A stretch of 63,643 bases of DNA, filler included, from Choristocarpus tenellus KU-1152 (taxonomy: Eukaryota > Protista > Phaeophyceae), in NCBI GenBank assembly GCA_964200185.2. It is 13 parts of 13 records of this genome, joined end to end, with 100 filler letters (N's around TTAATTAATTAA, not from the genome) between each part and the next. Parts side by side here need not be neighbours in the genome. Positions count along the whole stretch, not along the records: positions 1 to 5,291 come from CAXNAD020011252.1; positions 5,392 to 8,343 come from CAXNAD020023409.1; positions 8,444 to 11,305 come from CAXNAD020024129.1; positions 11,406 to 16,726 come from CAXNAD020011165.1; 9 more parts are not named here. One strand, 5' to 3'. Under the pieces are notes generated by a model, which ran no database searches, was not told where the DNA came from, and was given only the letters and a program-made list of their open reading frames with translations. Position 1 is the first letter of the stretch. Each line of letters begins with the position of its first letter. Of this stretch, positions 1-13,278 are shown in pieces. The position numbers were made by a program, and so were the translations under genes.

Positions 1-66
1 GTCGGCAGACGACGTTCGGGGGGGGCGGGAGGGGCGGGGTGTGCGCTTCCGATATAAAAGCCTCCT

Positions 67-247
67 GCCCCAAAGGGTGGGGGGGGGGGGGAGGGAATCT
101 ACACCATGGTGTCCGTTTTGGTCATAGCCAGGAAAATTGCACTTACACTATCCTTCCAACGTATGCAACCAAACCACCTAATAATCACGGCATAAAAACA
201 TTGGCCCCAAATGGACAGCTGCCAACCCCCCCCAGATACTTTGAGCC
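67..247. mobile_element. MITE family B, near-complete copy (TIR GG[G/C]TCAAAGTATCTGGGGGG)
   Basis: Ends CCCCCCAGATACTTTGAGCC; whole body is similar to 26836-27010; the left end is a degenerate inverted copy. Confidence 0.75.
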
Positions 248-2859
248 TTCCAAGAATTCCTCGACAGTGTCTTTTGTTGACGAAAGCAATCAATCTTTTC
301 TGCAGCAACCTTTGGTTGGGGTGGAAGTCCTCCTTAATGTCAATCACTTCTTTCACCCTTGAATTGGAATCCAAAAGCCTACTTCATCTCAGTTTCCCTA
401 CAAAGTTTACTTCTGGATGCACTAAATGCAGCAGGGGTGTAGACTTTAGTTTTCCAGAACCCCAAGGCCTCTATCCTTGTAGGGAAGGATTGTAAATCAT
501 TGCTACACCTGGTTAAGTCCCCGTTGTAGCATCCCATGGCCTTAGCCCCAGTTTCATTTCGAATGTTGAACGGGTGCATGGTACAAAATCAACAACCCCC
601 CTCCCCAGCTGTATCCACATCCCTTACCCCTATTCTGAACCATTCCCTATCCTTGCCCTAACCCTAGCCATAACCCGACCCAAGATGAACGGGGCAGGAA
701 GGACATCAGATATGTGTAAATCAGGCACACAAGTAAAACACTGCAGTCGAGCTGAGCCTGGGAAATTCAGCGCAAGTTCTGATGTCTGTAGTTTTAAAGG
801 CTTGACACCAGTAACAGAAGGGCCCCCCAATCCATCAAACTCTCTGCCGTCTGCAAGAGGAGGGGTATCCAGCGGTGGTGGAGTCGAGACTTATGAGGAG
901 GGAGGGATGAGTGAGGGACAGATTCCTTTGGAGAGGGAGGACTTTGTGGAAGACGGCCTTGTTCTGATGGAGCGAGATGTGAGGGCAGCGGAGTGGTGGT
1001 CGTGACATGCGTGCGTGAATGTATGCGTGAGTGTGTTGAGGAATTGTATGACTGCTGCTTTGTGATGTGTATGATATGATAGCATGTGAGTGGACATATG
1101 CATAGTTTTTGTTGGACATGCATATATTTTTGTCAGAGTTAATCTCAATCAGTGTGTATCATATCGAGCATTGCTTCAAATGGTCTGTTCTCAGTGTGTC
1201 CGTTAACTCTATCTTGCAAAGTAAGCTAATGCTGCAGTTCTCACCTTTATCTATGACCAATGCATGAGGGTGAAGGGGTGTGCGATTGGTACCAACATAC
1301 ACCTCCCTACTGTAATTCTTCCACTTCTTTTCCATGCCTGTTAGCCCTTTCTACCACCTTCTACCTCCACTACCGTGCTATTCATGTGTTGGTGCGGGCT
1401 TGATTGAGGATGGATCTCAAATTACGAATAGTCTGCTCAGTGTTTACGGTACACAGAGCAAGTGTGAAACCCAATACCCATATCTGACCTTCTCTGGACC
1501 TTACCTTTGGTGCATTTGGAGAGCTTCAGTATCCCTAGGACGCCAATACAATAGTAACCATAATCGAACTGTATAGTACACAATAAGTAGAATCTCTACA
1601 CAACCCAACAACCAACCCACGATCTGCTAACTCACTGTACATAGTACTATGTGCACACACTTATACACAGATGCGTTCACACTCAACCCTCACTCTAACA
1701 CATGTACGAACCCGGACACACACATGGCCTCTGCCTCTCAACAATGAAGGCTGTGGAGAGCCTGCAGTCCTGTCTGTCTTCAGCAGGGCAGCAATTACAC
1801 CAACTCAGACACCAAACTAAGTTTGAGCAGGAAAAGAAGATCATGGAGATGACAAAGCAGATTCTCACAATCAAGGACGCTCATGCCAAGGAGGTGAAGG
1901 GGTCAGGAGATAGGCGAAGGGGAAGGGGAAGGGGGAGGGAGCAGAAGACTTGCTCATGAGTTTCAGTGTGGGTTAATATGTACTCAATCATTCTACCTGC
2001 TCCTGATACATTATGAACAGCTCCTTTGCAAATTTTGGAGAAAGCTGAACATGAATAGTGACCAGCAGAGGATTATGGCAAAAAAATGTAGACTCATGTA
2101 GACTCAGGCAAATCTAGAAGATGACATATCTGATTACGTGCTTTCCTGCTACAGCTTCATAACTAAAGAGGCTGCGTTTTTGATCGCCCGAGAGGTATTG
2201 CTCTCGAAATGAATTCATATATAGTCAAGTGCTACTTCAACTGCAAAAAGTGTTAAAGCAAATGAGACTGACCAGTGCTTTGTTGATCTGATGATCCCAC
2301 ACTTTCTTCTAGCTTCTAGGTTCTAACATGTTCCAGTTGCCCACCTACATATCTTTCATTATGTACCCTGAACATGTATCTTTTACCAGCTCTTAATTTG
2401 CAACGACATTAGCCCCTGCTTCTGGCACATAAAGAATCTCTCTGTGTGTATATGTGCATGTGTGTGTGTGCTTGTGCGTGTACATGTTGTAATATGTGAG
2501 CAATGAGTAGTGTCTGGATTGAGGTGTTAAGGGATGGTGAAGGGGTGAAGACATCACGTTGGCTCAATGAGACATCAATGATGTGAAAATTATTACTGAG
2601 TACCTATTAGTAAAATGTTGCCTTCTGGATCATGTTGCCTATCACTCCAATATTTTTGTCAATATTTGCAAGACAAGAATTTCAAGTCAGAAAGTAGAAA
2701 AAGTCCTCAAGGATCAACACATTTTTTGCCATTTCACCTTTTACTCTAGAGTCAATGTTTGCCTGGTCCAGGTAGGGACAGCAAAATATCTTTTTTAGGC
2801 AATCGTACAAATTGCCGAACTGGTGAATGTAAACTACCTACAGCATTGATAGCTTTGAT

Positions 2860-2916
2860 CCTAAACCCAAACCTAACCCTAACCCTTAACCTTAACTCTA
2901 CCCCTAGCCCTAGCCC
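2860..2916 (-). repeat. Interstitial telomere-like (CCCTAA)n repeat, degenerate
   Basis: ctaaacccaaacctaaccctaacccttaacc...; similar short arrays at about 8664, 34765, 34879, 35775, 36825, 45252 and 54914. Confidence 0.7.
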
Positions 2917-3389
2917 GACAACTAACATAGCCCAAAAAAGTCGAATGTTTGACAAGAAAATGTTACTGCAAGGAGTGTTATCAGAGTAAACACAGTAGGA
3001 GTATCAAGCTCAACTGTGCAAGTAGAGGTACTTGTGTTAGCAAGACCATTCTGAAACTAGTTCACAACTAGTTCATCCCCTGGAACCTTTGCCAATGCTT
3101 CCTTGTGTGAAACACGCATGCATGGATGTGCGCGCACACAAATGTTTCTCAGCTTGCCCATGTTGAGGAGGAGAAGTCTAAGCTCGTGAAGGAAGTAGCC
3201 AGGGTGAAGCAGGAGCAGGAGGCAAAAGTACAGCAGTCATATTCACAGCACAAGAGGTAAGGGCACAAAGTCTGATGGCCCTCCTCATCCCAGATTGTAT
3301 AGCCCATACCTCCCCAGCCCCCACTTCAACCATTTGACTTTTTTCATTTGAGCATTGGTATGCACTTTCAACTTCCTATGAACCATCCA

Positions 3390-3650
3390 GAGTCAACGTA
3401 TCTTAGAGGGTAGAGCCGCGTCCGTTTGGGGGGCCAAATTCCAATGTTGCGATTTTGATGTAATTTTGACTATCGTGTTTGTTAGGAAGTGTCAATATCC
3501 TTGATCCAGACACACCTTTTCAGAACGTATACATTTTACCTGCTCCGAAACATTTCGGAGTAGGTAAAATGTCTTAGAAAAACCTGTGGGAAGTCAAGCC
3601 CCTAACGGACAAACAGGGCAAAACTCGTACCCTCTAAGATACTATCACTC
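3390..3650 (+). mobile_element. MITE family A (about 260 bp, Sola2-like), full copy
   Basis: About 23-bp TIR GAGTCAA.GTATCTTAGAGGGTA ... TACCCTCTAAGATACT.TCACTC; 4-bp TSD TCCA/TCCA; internal hairpin TTTTACCT.CTCCGAAA-CA-TTTCGGAGTAGGTAAAA. Confidence 0.9.
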
Positions 3651-4335
3651 TCCATCCATCTGTAGCTACTGGAACTCCACGGTTTGACCATCTACAAGAA
3701 AAATGGCCTTGATTGGATCTGTCTCCCTTCTACTTTTCCTCTGGATGACATTGAACCACAACGCCAAACCTATTGCACTTCGAAGAACCTATATTTAGGG
3801 GAACCAAGGTTGGCATCAGTACAGTGCCTGCTTCCAAGAACTTTGTTCATTTTTACTTCACAAAGAACGGGTGTACCAAAATGCAGCCTGGGTTCGTGAA
3901 CCAGTCTTGCAATGCTTTCCCCTTTCCCTCCCCTCCCTCCTCAAACTTACACTGCCAAGCTGTTCTCTTGTGTAGACTAGCTCATAGACGAAAGAGACTC
4001 CATGGTCTAGCCACAGTGGTACCAGTGGTTGATAAGGTTCTAGAGTGAGCCTGAAGTGAACTCACTTCTCACAATTGCAGCAAATAAGGGCTGGTTCTAA
4101 CGGGAAGGTTATTGTCATTATTGCCTTGTAGTGTCAAAAAATACAAGGAGCGATTTATGGATTGTGGTATTTCTCATTAACACTATACTCAGTAGCGTAT
4201 TGTAAGCTACAATTGCCGAAGATCAATCTGCTTGACACATGTCCGTTTAGTGTCGCTTTGCTCTCATTTTGTGTAAACTGTGAATTGCTGCATCGATGCC
4301 TTCTTCTTATGTTTGGATTAGGGTGATCGCTCTCT

Positions 4336-4589
4336 GAGTCAAAGTACCTTAGAGGGTAGAGCCGAATCCTTTTGAGGACCAAAATACAATGTTGCAATTT
4401 TGATGTAATTTTGACTATCGTGTTGTTAGGAAGCATCAATTATCCTTGTTGCAGGCATAACTTTTCATAATGTATCATTTTATCTACTCCGAAACATTTC
4501 AGAATAGGAAAATGTCATCAAAATATGAGAAGCCAAGCATCAAATGGACAAACAGGGCAAAACTCGTACCCTCTAAGATACGTTCGCTC
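4336..4589 (+). mobile_element. MITE family A, full copy
   Basis: Same TIRs and body as 3390-3650; TSD not preserved. Confidence 0.85.
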
Positions 4590-5249
4590 GCTGTAAAGTA
4601 AAACGGCATAACTTCTATTGGAAAAGGAGTGGCCACGAAAACGTTGGAATGTAGCTGTTGGTTGTCTAGAAAGACTGTTGGCAATCCTCATGCCACCTAA
4701 TTGTGGACTATTTTGTTGGCCCGCTTCACAGTTTTGCTATAAAAATAACATTTAAAAGAATCTTGGTTACGCTAAACCGAAGTCGAGAAAAATTTGATCG
4801 AGCTTCTGGTGAACGCCTTCAAAGCTTTGGACTATACGCTCCTTCCCATTACACTCGGCCTAGCGCATAACAAGAGGCAGTAAACGCACAGAAAACGGAC
4901 AACAGACACAACATTACGCAAGAGTCAACACTGAACCTTCAATCCTCAGCTTCAACATAACCAAAAAAACATTGTATGGTGGAGGAGGATGAACACAGCT
5001 GTGACCTATCCACCCAGTGGAGAGTAAACCAGGAAACCCTTTGCCGGAGAATGGTTTCAAAAATAAAATCGAAACTGTTTCAAACAAAGGTATACCCTGG
5101 AATTCTCATGTGGTTTAAGGTGGGGTAGAGTACACACATCATGAGCACCTTCTCTATGGTTCGGCAGACTCTCTTCCCTCTCCTATTGGGCTATCCACTA
5201 GCCTGCAAAATAACAGAAAAATGTGGCATGCACCAAGTGAACTCTAGCA

Positions 5250-5291
5250 GGCTCAAAGTATCTGGGAGGGAGTGGCAGCTGTCCATTTGGG
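5250..5291. mobile_element. MITE family B terminus, cut by contig end
   Basis: GGCTCAAAGTATCTGGGAGGGAGTGGCAGCTGTCCATTTGGG is a near-exact reverse complement of about 206-247. Confidence 0.8.
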
Positions 5292-5391
5292 NNNNNNNNN
5301 NNNNNNNNNNNNNNNNNNNNNNNNNNNNNNNNNNNTTAATTAATTAANNNNNNNNNNNNNNNNNNNNNNNNNNNNNNNNNNNNNNNNNNNN
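5292..5391. other. Artificial contig-joining linker (first of 12)
   Basis: 44 N + TTAATTAATTAA (stops in all six frames) + 44 N. Identical spacers at 8344, 11306, 16727, 19485, 26736, 30803, 35146, 41442, 44168, 49938 and 59121. Confidence 0.99.
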
Positions 5392-5586
5392 TTTGATGTA
5401 ATTTTGGCTATTGTGTCTGTTAGGAAGTGTCAATATCCTTCTTCTGGACACACCTTCTCATAACGTATACATTTTACCTACTCCGAAACATTTTGGAATA
5501 GGAAAATGTAATAAAAAACTCATGAGAATCCAAGCCCCAAATGGACAAACAGGGAAAAACTCATACCCTCTAAGATACTTTCACTC
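5392..5586 (+). mobile_element. MITE family A, 5'-truncated by contig start
   Basis: Matches the family A body and ends TACCCTCTAAGATACTTTCACTC. Confidence 0.85.
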
Positions 5587-6476
5587 AATCATACCACGGC
5601 AAGGCAACTACAGCTCTTCTGCAGAGAGTAACCACATATTTTGCAACACAAGTAATGCATTGACGGAAACTCAACCAGGGAAGTGTTTTTGTCCAACACT
5701 GGACCAGTCCTGGAACTTTACCAGAAGTCTCTAGCGTTATCAGGGATGTGAAAGGGTTGGAGTTTACTCAGGAGTGTCGAACAAATGTCACCGAAAAACT
5801 GATAGTGGTGTGATCTATTCATGGATTCGGCTAATATCGTAATTGACAGACCACATTCCATCATATCAACCCACCAACGATTCAATATTTGCCCAACCGG
5901 AGTCTCCTGTTTTTCGGAAAAATCAGAAGTCTATGCAGTTTTGGGCTACTTACCATTGCTAAGGGTTAAGCTTGATGGAAGAAGGGGCACGAGAAGATTG
6001 TCCCTCTTTGCTAGGTTCATACCCCTCTCTGTCTTATTCTACAACAGATAGTCAACATTAGTTTCGGAATGAGATTAAACAGTCAAAGTATCCATTTCTC
6101 TACTGCAAGTGGTTCGACTCTCTAAACTTAACACCAAGTAAGCTAATGCTTGTGGCATGTATGCCCTATTCAGGAATATACTGTGAAACAACCAAGTGTC
6201 ACGAAAGCTAACCCCCAAGCTTTCACCAAAGAACGTGTTTTTTTTCATCCTTTCCTCTCCACCCCAAAACACATAAAAGTGCACCACTACCAACAACAAT
6301 ACCTGCATACTAAAGACGCCCCAACTCTAGACACATACAATACTCCATACAACTTGCCAAAAACACACACTGGAGTAGATCTCTAATATAGTCCAGAAGA
6401 CCCCACCTTCTAAACTCGACCTGAACCATCTACCCTTGCCCTTTGTCAATAGTCCTCATGGAAGCGGTAGCCTCAC

Positions 6477-7100
6477 CTGAAAATCAGCCTTTCTAACCTC
6501 TTCCCCTAGCTGCCCGCCAGAGCTCTGGTTGCTGCTGCCCTGTCCCATTGACACGGTCCCTAACCCTGTTCTTCCTGTTACCTCCCCGCCCTGCCCAGCA
6601 TACACCTTGGTATGATTCGTCATCCCAGCCGTCACACTTGTCCCAACTATCCCAGTTACTCCTTCTGGTCCTTGCCACCCAACACTATTCCCAAGGACAG
6701 TAGCAGCAGCGGTAGCATCATCTGGGATGCTGGTATCCTGGCTGTTGCCACCTTTAGACAAAATGGTGCCCAAGGGTTTGTGGTCCTGTCCCTCCTCCTG
6801 AGTATCAAATGTTGAGGATTGTACAAGAGAAGCAGTCATTGGGGCAAAGTTCAAGGCTGACTCAACCTGACTCACCCCAACTGCTATGTTCGCCACTAAG
6901 GCAGAAGCTACATCTGTTGCAGGCCTAGCAGCAGTGTTGGAGGAGGAGTAAATGGAAGGTGAAGAACGTCGGAGATGGAGGTATTGGGTGTGGGAAGGAT
7001 CTCTGGGTAGGCCAGTGGGTAGCACCTTGTGAATGACCTGATCACCTAACTTTGGCATGAAGAAGGGAGAGGAGGGAGGGGGGTGGGGATATTGTACCAT
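6477..7100 (-). CDS. Probable internal exon of a low-complexity (S/T/G/A-rich) protein, unknown
   Basis: 214-aa open frame ending at a CAG|GTGAGG donor near 6476; acceptor unclear; no recognisable domain. Confidence 0.35.
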
Positions 7101-8807
7101 TCAGTGTTTCACCTGTTACATGTGGTGTTTAAGAGTCATGTCTACCCCCATTAATAGGCTTAAAAACATCAACTCCTGAATACTATCAAGGCCACTTGTA
7201 GTACAGAAAAGGGACTTGTCCCATCTAGTGCCCTACCTCTGTGTGTTACTGCCCTATCCTTGCACCGCCCAGTGAATAAGTGCTCTAAGGATATATGTAG
7301 GCCTGTCTTCTGGCTCGTCGTACAATATGTTACTTATGATTCCTATAAATCAGCAATCCCTCCTACATAATCCCTGCAAGAAGCTTGGACAATACTAAGA
7401 ATTGTGCTGCAAAATACGGATAATGGAGTTGGGGTTAGACTTAGGTTTAGGGTTTACCCCAAGCCCTCTGAAAATAAATATGGAGAGGAAGTTTTGTGTG
7501 CAGGTTTTGGACATTTCCAGGAGGGGTTAGGGGCTAGAGATAGGAAACATATTGGTGTTATCAAGAGTTATGATAATCTCAGCGAAGCAAATCAAGTAGA
7601 ACATATTAGTGACAATTTCAGTGGCAATTTCAAGTTCTGGTAGGACATCTCCTTACTACCACAGGCAATCCAAATAATGGACCCAAAATTCATATAGTAT
7701 CAATGCTACAGTATAGTACCAACATGAAGTATCTGTGTCATATTTGAGTACATCCTCATGCACATGTTTTCATAGCATGCTCTGATGAGTCTGATATCCA
7801 GTAGTGCGGCACATGCATGGTGCTACAATGATAATGCCCGTTTGTTGTTATCAACCTTTTGAGGGCAGAGAACAAATTCAGTGTGCAGTGATTGTTACAC
7901 TCAGTGGGGAGTTTTCATGTTCAACCCTTGTGATACCCATTAGATTCCTCTGCTGATAGACCAACATCCTGCATTCTGGATATGAGGTTGTGTTTAGTCC
8001 AAAATATCTCAGCCCACTTCAATGTACACACCACTAACCCTGTTTGGCTGTGCTGTACCATCTAAGAAGAATACAGATGGTTGATCCCACTACTCAAGAA
8101 CATACAGTATTCAAGTGAAGTTAGGTCCCTCAACAATGTTCTGAGTTTGTCAAAATTTAGGAAAACCAAGCAGCATCTGTGAATGGTCCCCAGTACAATT
8201 ATATTCAGTATGGCGTAATGAAGTATACGTATTTAGGGGCTATGACAAAACAGTTTACTTGTCATGAAACAGAGGATTACTATGGGGGGGGGGGGGGGGC
8301 ATGGGGGTGTGGGGGGGGGTGTTTGGTAACTTTCTAGTGGAAANNNNNNNNNNNNNNNNNNNNNNNNNNNNNNNNNNNNNNNNNNNNTTAATTAATTAAN
8401 NNNNNNNNNNNNNNNNNNNNNNNNNNNNNNNNNNNNNNNNNNNCCGATCCTCCCCCCTTCTCCCCCCGCCCCGCCCCCCCTCCCCCTTAATTTGAAAAAA
8501 TAAAAAACCCCCCCCCCCCCCCCCCCATTTACAATTGTGGATGCTTTGAATCTAACTCACGATATTTAAATTCGACTGTAGTGTTGTGTGAAGGGTAAAT
8601 AAATGATTTTGTACTAAGTGCTCGCATTTGATTTTTTTTAATTGAAATTTTGAATCAGTACTTTTAGGGTTAGGGTTAGGGTTTAGAGTTGCAACAGTAG
8701 TGCACAGCGTAATATTTATATATATATATATAATCACACTAGTGTGTAATGAGGATTTGTAACATAACATTATGATATAACACAACACAACACAACACAA
8801 CACACAG

Positions 8808-10678
8808 GGGCAAAAGCGGATCCTTCGACCATTACCCTACAAGTCCATCATGAGTCTGACCACAGCTGCTGACATTGTCAAGTTCAACCCAGATGGGCAG
8901 GTAAGTGGATTCCTTTCCACACTCAACTTCCTCTCTCAACTCCAAATTCTACCGCTTTGATGCATCATCAGTTGGCATGGTAGATCTCTTGGTGTTGGGA
9001 GGTTACTATTACTATTTTCATTACTATTACTACTACTACCACTACTGTTAATATTGCTGTGTATGGCCAAAGGTGCAGGGTAGGTTTGATGGTGAGGAAT
9101 ATATATATATATTAAACATTGATGGGCAATGGTACATTTTGATTTATTTATTTTCATGGTGGGAGTGTGTTTTTAGGTCTGTGAAAGAGGTTTTAAAATG
9201 TGTTGGTGTTGTTGTCGGGGAGGTCGTTGTTATTGGGGAGTTGCATGAACTTGCTTGGCTTTGGTGTGTGGGGGGTGAGCGCACCTTGTATTGTTCATAT
9301 ATATTATTATTTTAGAAGTTTTTTTTTTAAGTGTACCAGTTTTGCAGTTGCGTTCTGAGTTGTGGGGTACAATCGTTGGTGTAGATGCATACCCCCCCCC
9401 ACCCCTTCCTTGTCCACCCTCTGGAAGGTATGATTTGGTATTGTTAAGTGATATTGCCACCAGATTCCACTATTTTTTTTTCGAGTTGGAGGAGGAGGGA
9501 GTGTTGACTGCAACTACTTGCAAATTCTTATTTTTATTGTTGTCTAAATTTTTTTGGAAGGGCTTAAAAGAAAATAAAACAGAGATGAGGGTTTGGAGGA
9601 GCTGACCAGTTGTTTTTGAACTAAGGCTTATACTTTAAGTTAAAAAAAAAAAGGAGGGATCTCTCTCACTTGTTGGTTGCTACTCCAATGCTGTACCTTT
9701 AAAAAAAAATCTTGTAAGGTACATTGGAGTTTAAGATTTAAGAAAAAGAGAGTTAACAGTTATTTTTCATTGTGGCAGAATTGATGAACAGACTGATTGA
9801 TCAGTAAGCATTGAAAAAAAAATCAAAACACGTTTAAACTGTGGACCAGTTGTTGCTATTAAGAAAAAAAACAGAGATCTTGAATTTTTTTCCTCTTTAA
9901 GACCTGCAGAGTTTCCGCGCCAGGTCCACCCCCTCCCCCCCCTCCGATCACACACATTCTACTCCATTTGTTTCTATTAGGTGATGGCGATTGCTTCAAG
10001 TACGAAGAGGGATGCACTGAAGGTGGTTCACATGCCTACAGGGATGCTGTTCACCAACTGGCCCACCGAACGGACGCCGGTTCGATACCCGTTTGCAATT
10101 GACTTTTCACCCTCTAGTGGTTACCTTGCAGTGGGCAATGACAGAGGGCAAGCACTGTTATACCGGATCAGGTGAGCGATTGCTGGCAGGAGGTGTATAA
10201 ATGGAGGTTATGGGGGGGTGAAGAGATGTGTGGTGTGCTTGGTGTTACGGTTTTAGTCATGGTGCTGTCGCATTGTGTTTTTTTTTTGGTTGAGGGGGGG
10301 GGGGGGGGGGGTATTGATGTGTGCTTTGTGGGGAGGGGGGTAGGGTTGGGGTTTTGTGTTTGGGGGTACTGTGGGTTTGGTGTTTAGTGGTGCTGTTTTA
10401 GTATTCTATGTGTATTTTCAGGTGGAATGTGAGAGCGATGCTTCTATGGTGTGTTGTCATGCTGCAGGGTATATGTGAAGTTGTCACGGGCGCTATCGAT
10501 ATGATCCCCTCAGGAAATGGTGGACCTCTAATGATGGGTTGCCACAGAACCTCCTATTGTTCTATAGTCTCTGCTTGTAATCTTCTCCACTCTCACAGTG
10601 TGTCCCTCAGCCTCATCCCCCCCCTCCCTCACCCCTATGTCGCACTATGGTCTTCTCAGGCACTACGACAATGCATGA
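8808..10678 (+). CDS. UTP18: U3 snoRNA-associated protein 18 (WD40), last three exons
   Basis: Phase-consistent exons 8808-8900, 9981-10171 and 10660-10678 give ...KSIMSLTTAADIVKFNPDGQVMAIASSTKRDALKVVHMPTGMLFTNWPTERTP...DFSPSSGYLAVGNDRGQALLYRIRHYDNA*, the characteristic UTP18 C-terminus. Confidence 0.93.
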
Positions 10679-11232
10679 TGGTTATGTGCGTGATTGAAAA
10701 CATCCTCTGTGTTTTTTCCTTGGTTGTCAAAAGGACAAGGATAGGGTATATATGGGTGGGAGTGTAGCAAGAGGCGATCAAGCAGTCACTCTCAATAGAT
10801 TGTGTAAGCTTGGGGATGTCTGGTATTTGTGTGGGACTGGTGTGCAACGGCAGGGTGTTGGGTTATCTATAACTTCTGTGTGTACTGATAGGGGTGCTGC
10901 AATGTGCTAGTTTTTGCAAGGGCATCCTGTGGGTGCAAGTTCTTTGAGCAAGCTGGATGGGATGGTTGGAACCTGGAGTAATCAGATCCATTGGAAAGTG
11001 GTGTCTGTTTAGAGTGGGAATTCGGAGAGATGCCTAGACAGTCTGCTGCCATGGGACGGCCCAGTGGCCCCCAATGGCCCCCAAGCGATTATTACAGAGT
11101 GATTCCTGAAGAGCACTGTTGTGCGGATGTGCTGGATTGTTGTGTTTGTTTTTGGAGGTTCGTTTAATGCATTGAGTGATTTGCAATCATTGATGAGATG
11201 GGTGAGAGGTGCAGCAGAGGCTCAAATGGTCT

Positions 11233-11263
<31 letters not shown>

Positions 11264-13278
11264 GGGGGTGGGGGTTTTTTTTTTTTTTGTGTTTTTTTGT
11301 GTTTTNNNNNNNNNNNNNNNNNNNNNNNNNNNNNNNNNNNNNNNNNNNNTTAATTAATTAANNNNNNNNNNNNNNNNNNNNNNNNNNNNNNNNNNNNNNN
11401 NNNNNTGTTTTTTTTTTTTTTGATGGGGGTTGGTTGCGGGGGGGGGGGGGGTGTTGGTTTGGGTTGTGGGGGGGGGGGGGGGGGGGGGGGATTTTGTGTT
11501 TGTGTGTGTGTGTGTGTGTGTTATTTTTGTTTTGTGATGCAGGGGTAGTAATGCTAGTTGTGGACGGATATGGTTCTGTGCATACCTTGATAAATTGTTC
11601 CGTCTCCGAGAACACGTTTTCCTGTTTGGTGTTGCTTTTTTCCGGGTACATACAGTAGAAGCGTCGAAGAGGGCTCATGGGGGAGGACTTGCTTCCAGTA
11701 CGCATTGTGGAGCTTCTTGGGTGTAGTGCGTTTGTTGATGCGCGAGACGGCGAGCGCTTGTGTGCCTCTGAGTTTTTTTTTGTTTAAAAAAAGATCCCCC
11801 GAGTTTGTCGTTTTCTCTAGGTCCTGTGCCTTGTATTTCTTTTTTTTCTATGAAGTAACGCACGTCATGTACAAAAGCAAGAGTTAGGGTTTGACTGCAT
11901 TGCTCCTGGTTGTGGTAGGTGTTGTATATTTAACAGTGTCCCCGTACAGTTTTTATAACTACTTTTCAAGCCTCGACCTGGAAAGTGTGCCCTGTTGCTC
12001 TTGAAATGTTTTTTTTCCATTTAATGCCAAACGAAGATACTGCGCATGGAATCCTCGCGGTTTTTTTAATTTTATTTAATGTCGCGAACGGTAGCGATCG
12101 AATCCTTACGATCGGATTCAGTTCAGATGATTGATTGATGGTGTCGAAGATGGGAATGGTTAGATGTTAGATTCGATTGGCTGTTTCCTTGCACGTGTGT
12201 GTGTAGTCTGTTCTACAGTGGAATGTCCCCACTCTAGGCGCATCTTGTCCGTTGCCTCGTGCGCTGCTCACACAGCACGTTTTGATTCTGACTTGAATGA
12301 AGTACATGAAAAAATTCGACCCGATTTCATTTTTTTTACAAACCGTTGATTCATAACACCCATATTATTATTATTGAGTTATCTCCTTCAAAGAAGCTTA
12401 AATTGTTCTTTTTGGTTCTCTACAAAAATCCTAATTATGTTCAATGATTTCAAGTTATAGTAAGTCCTCCCGCAGGGAAGGGGGGGGGTCATTATTGCCA
12501 TTTCCAAATATATGTGTAAAGGTATGATCATGTCATAAAAACGTTGTCAATTATGAATGCAACTACACCGTTCCTCCTAAGCTGGCAAAGTTGAGGGTGA
12601 TGATCGGCAGCACCCTCCTTGTCAGGCACACAATGAAGGAACGCTCCCCTCGGTAAATGTGCCGCATGTTCGATCCAGTACAAACTGCAAAGTCCTCGAA
12701 TCCTTTTTTTTCTCGTCACTAGTCGTAGTGTGCCAGAAATTACCATCCAGTTTTGAGTCCGAAATTTTGTGTAATAGCTTGAGTCCCTTCCATCAAAAGA
12801 GTTCAAGTAAGCGAGAGGTACCCAGACTTGCATTATTTTAAGGATCTCGGCAAATATGTCCAAAGTTCGGCTTTTTTAACAAAACTGTGTAGGATATTTT
12901 CCCAATCATGTCGAAACCTTTCAAACAATAGAATTATTATCCCTTTGTGATTTAAGTTTACAACCATATGAAATTCGCTTTTTGTTTTTCCCATTTCTTC
13001 ACGAATACGAAGACTCTTTGGTGATATCTCAAGTTGAACCTATAAATATATTCGTTAAAAAAGATTTTCCTTTTTCATATTTTCTTCCTAAATACTTCTA
13101 ATAGTTCTGAATCTGTTAGAGAATTAGAACCAAAAAACGGTCCTTTTTCGATCGTCATTTTGGTCGTTCGCAGGTACAACCCGTCCGCATCGTTACACAA
13201 CATCTCAGCACCTCGCCAAAAGCGGTACGACTCTCGCCTAGACTCCAAACCATCTGCGACGTGAGTTCTATAGCCAAT

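Larger units (their letters stand above)
682..4048 (+). pseudogene. Multi-exon coiled-coil protein gene, probably disabled; product unknown
   Basis: GT-AG-bounded exons at about 682-978 (start uncertain), 1750-1893 (AVESLQSCLSS...AHAKE), 2021-2194, 3153-3256 (LAHVEEEKSKLVKEVARVKQEQE...) and 3976-4048. The 2021-2194 exon has in-frame stops and a 10-bp tandem duplication (ATGTAGACTC x2). Confidence 0.45.

Noticed and set aside
8284-11470. Long poly-G/poly-C tracts as G-quadruplex elements
   Set aside because: They cluster at contig ends, where homopolymer length and base quality are unreliable.
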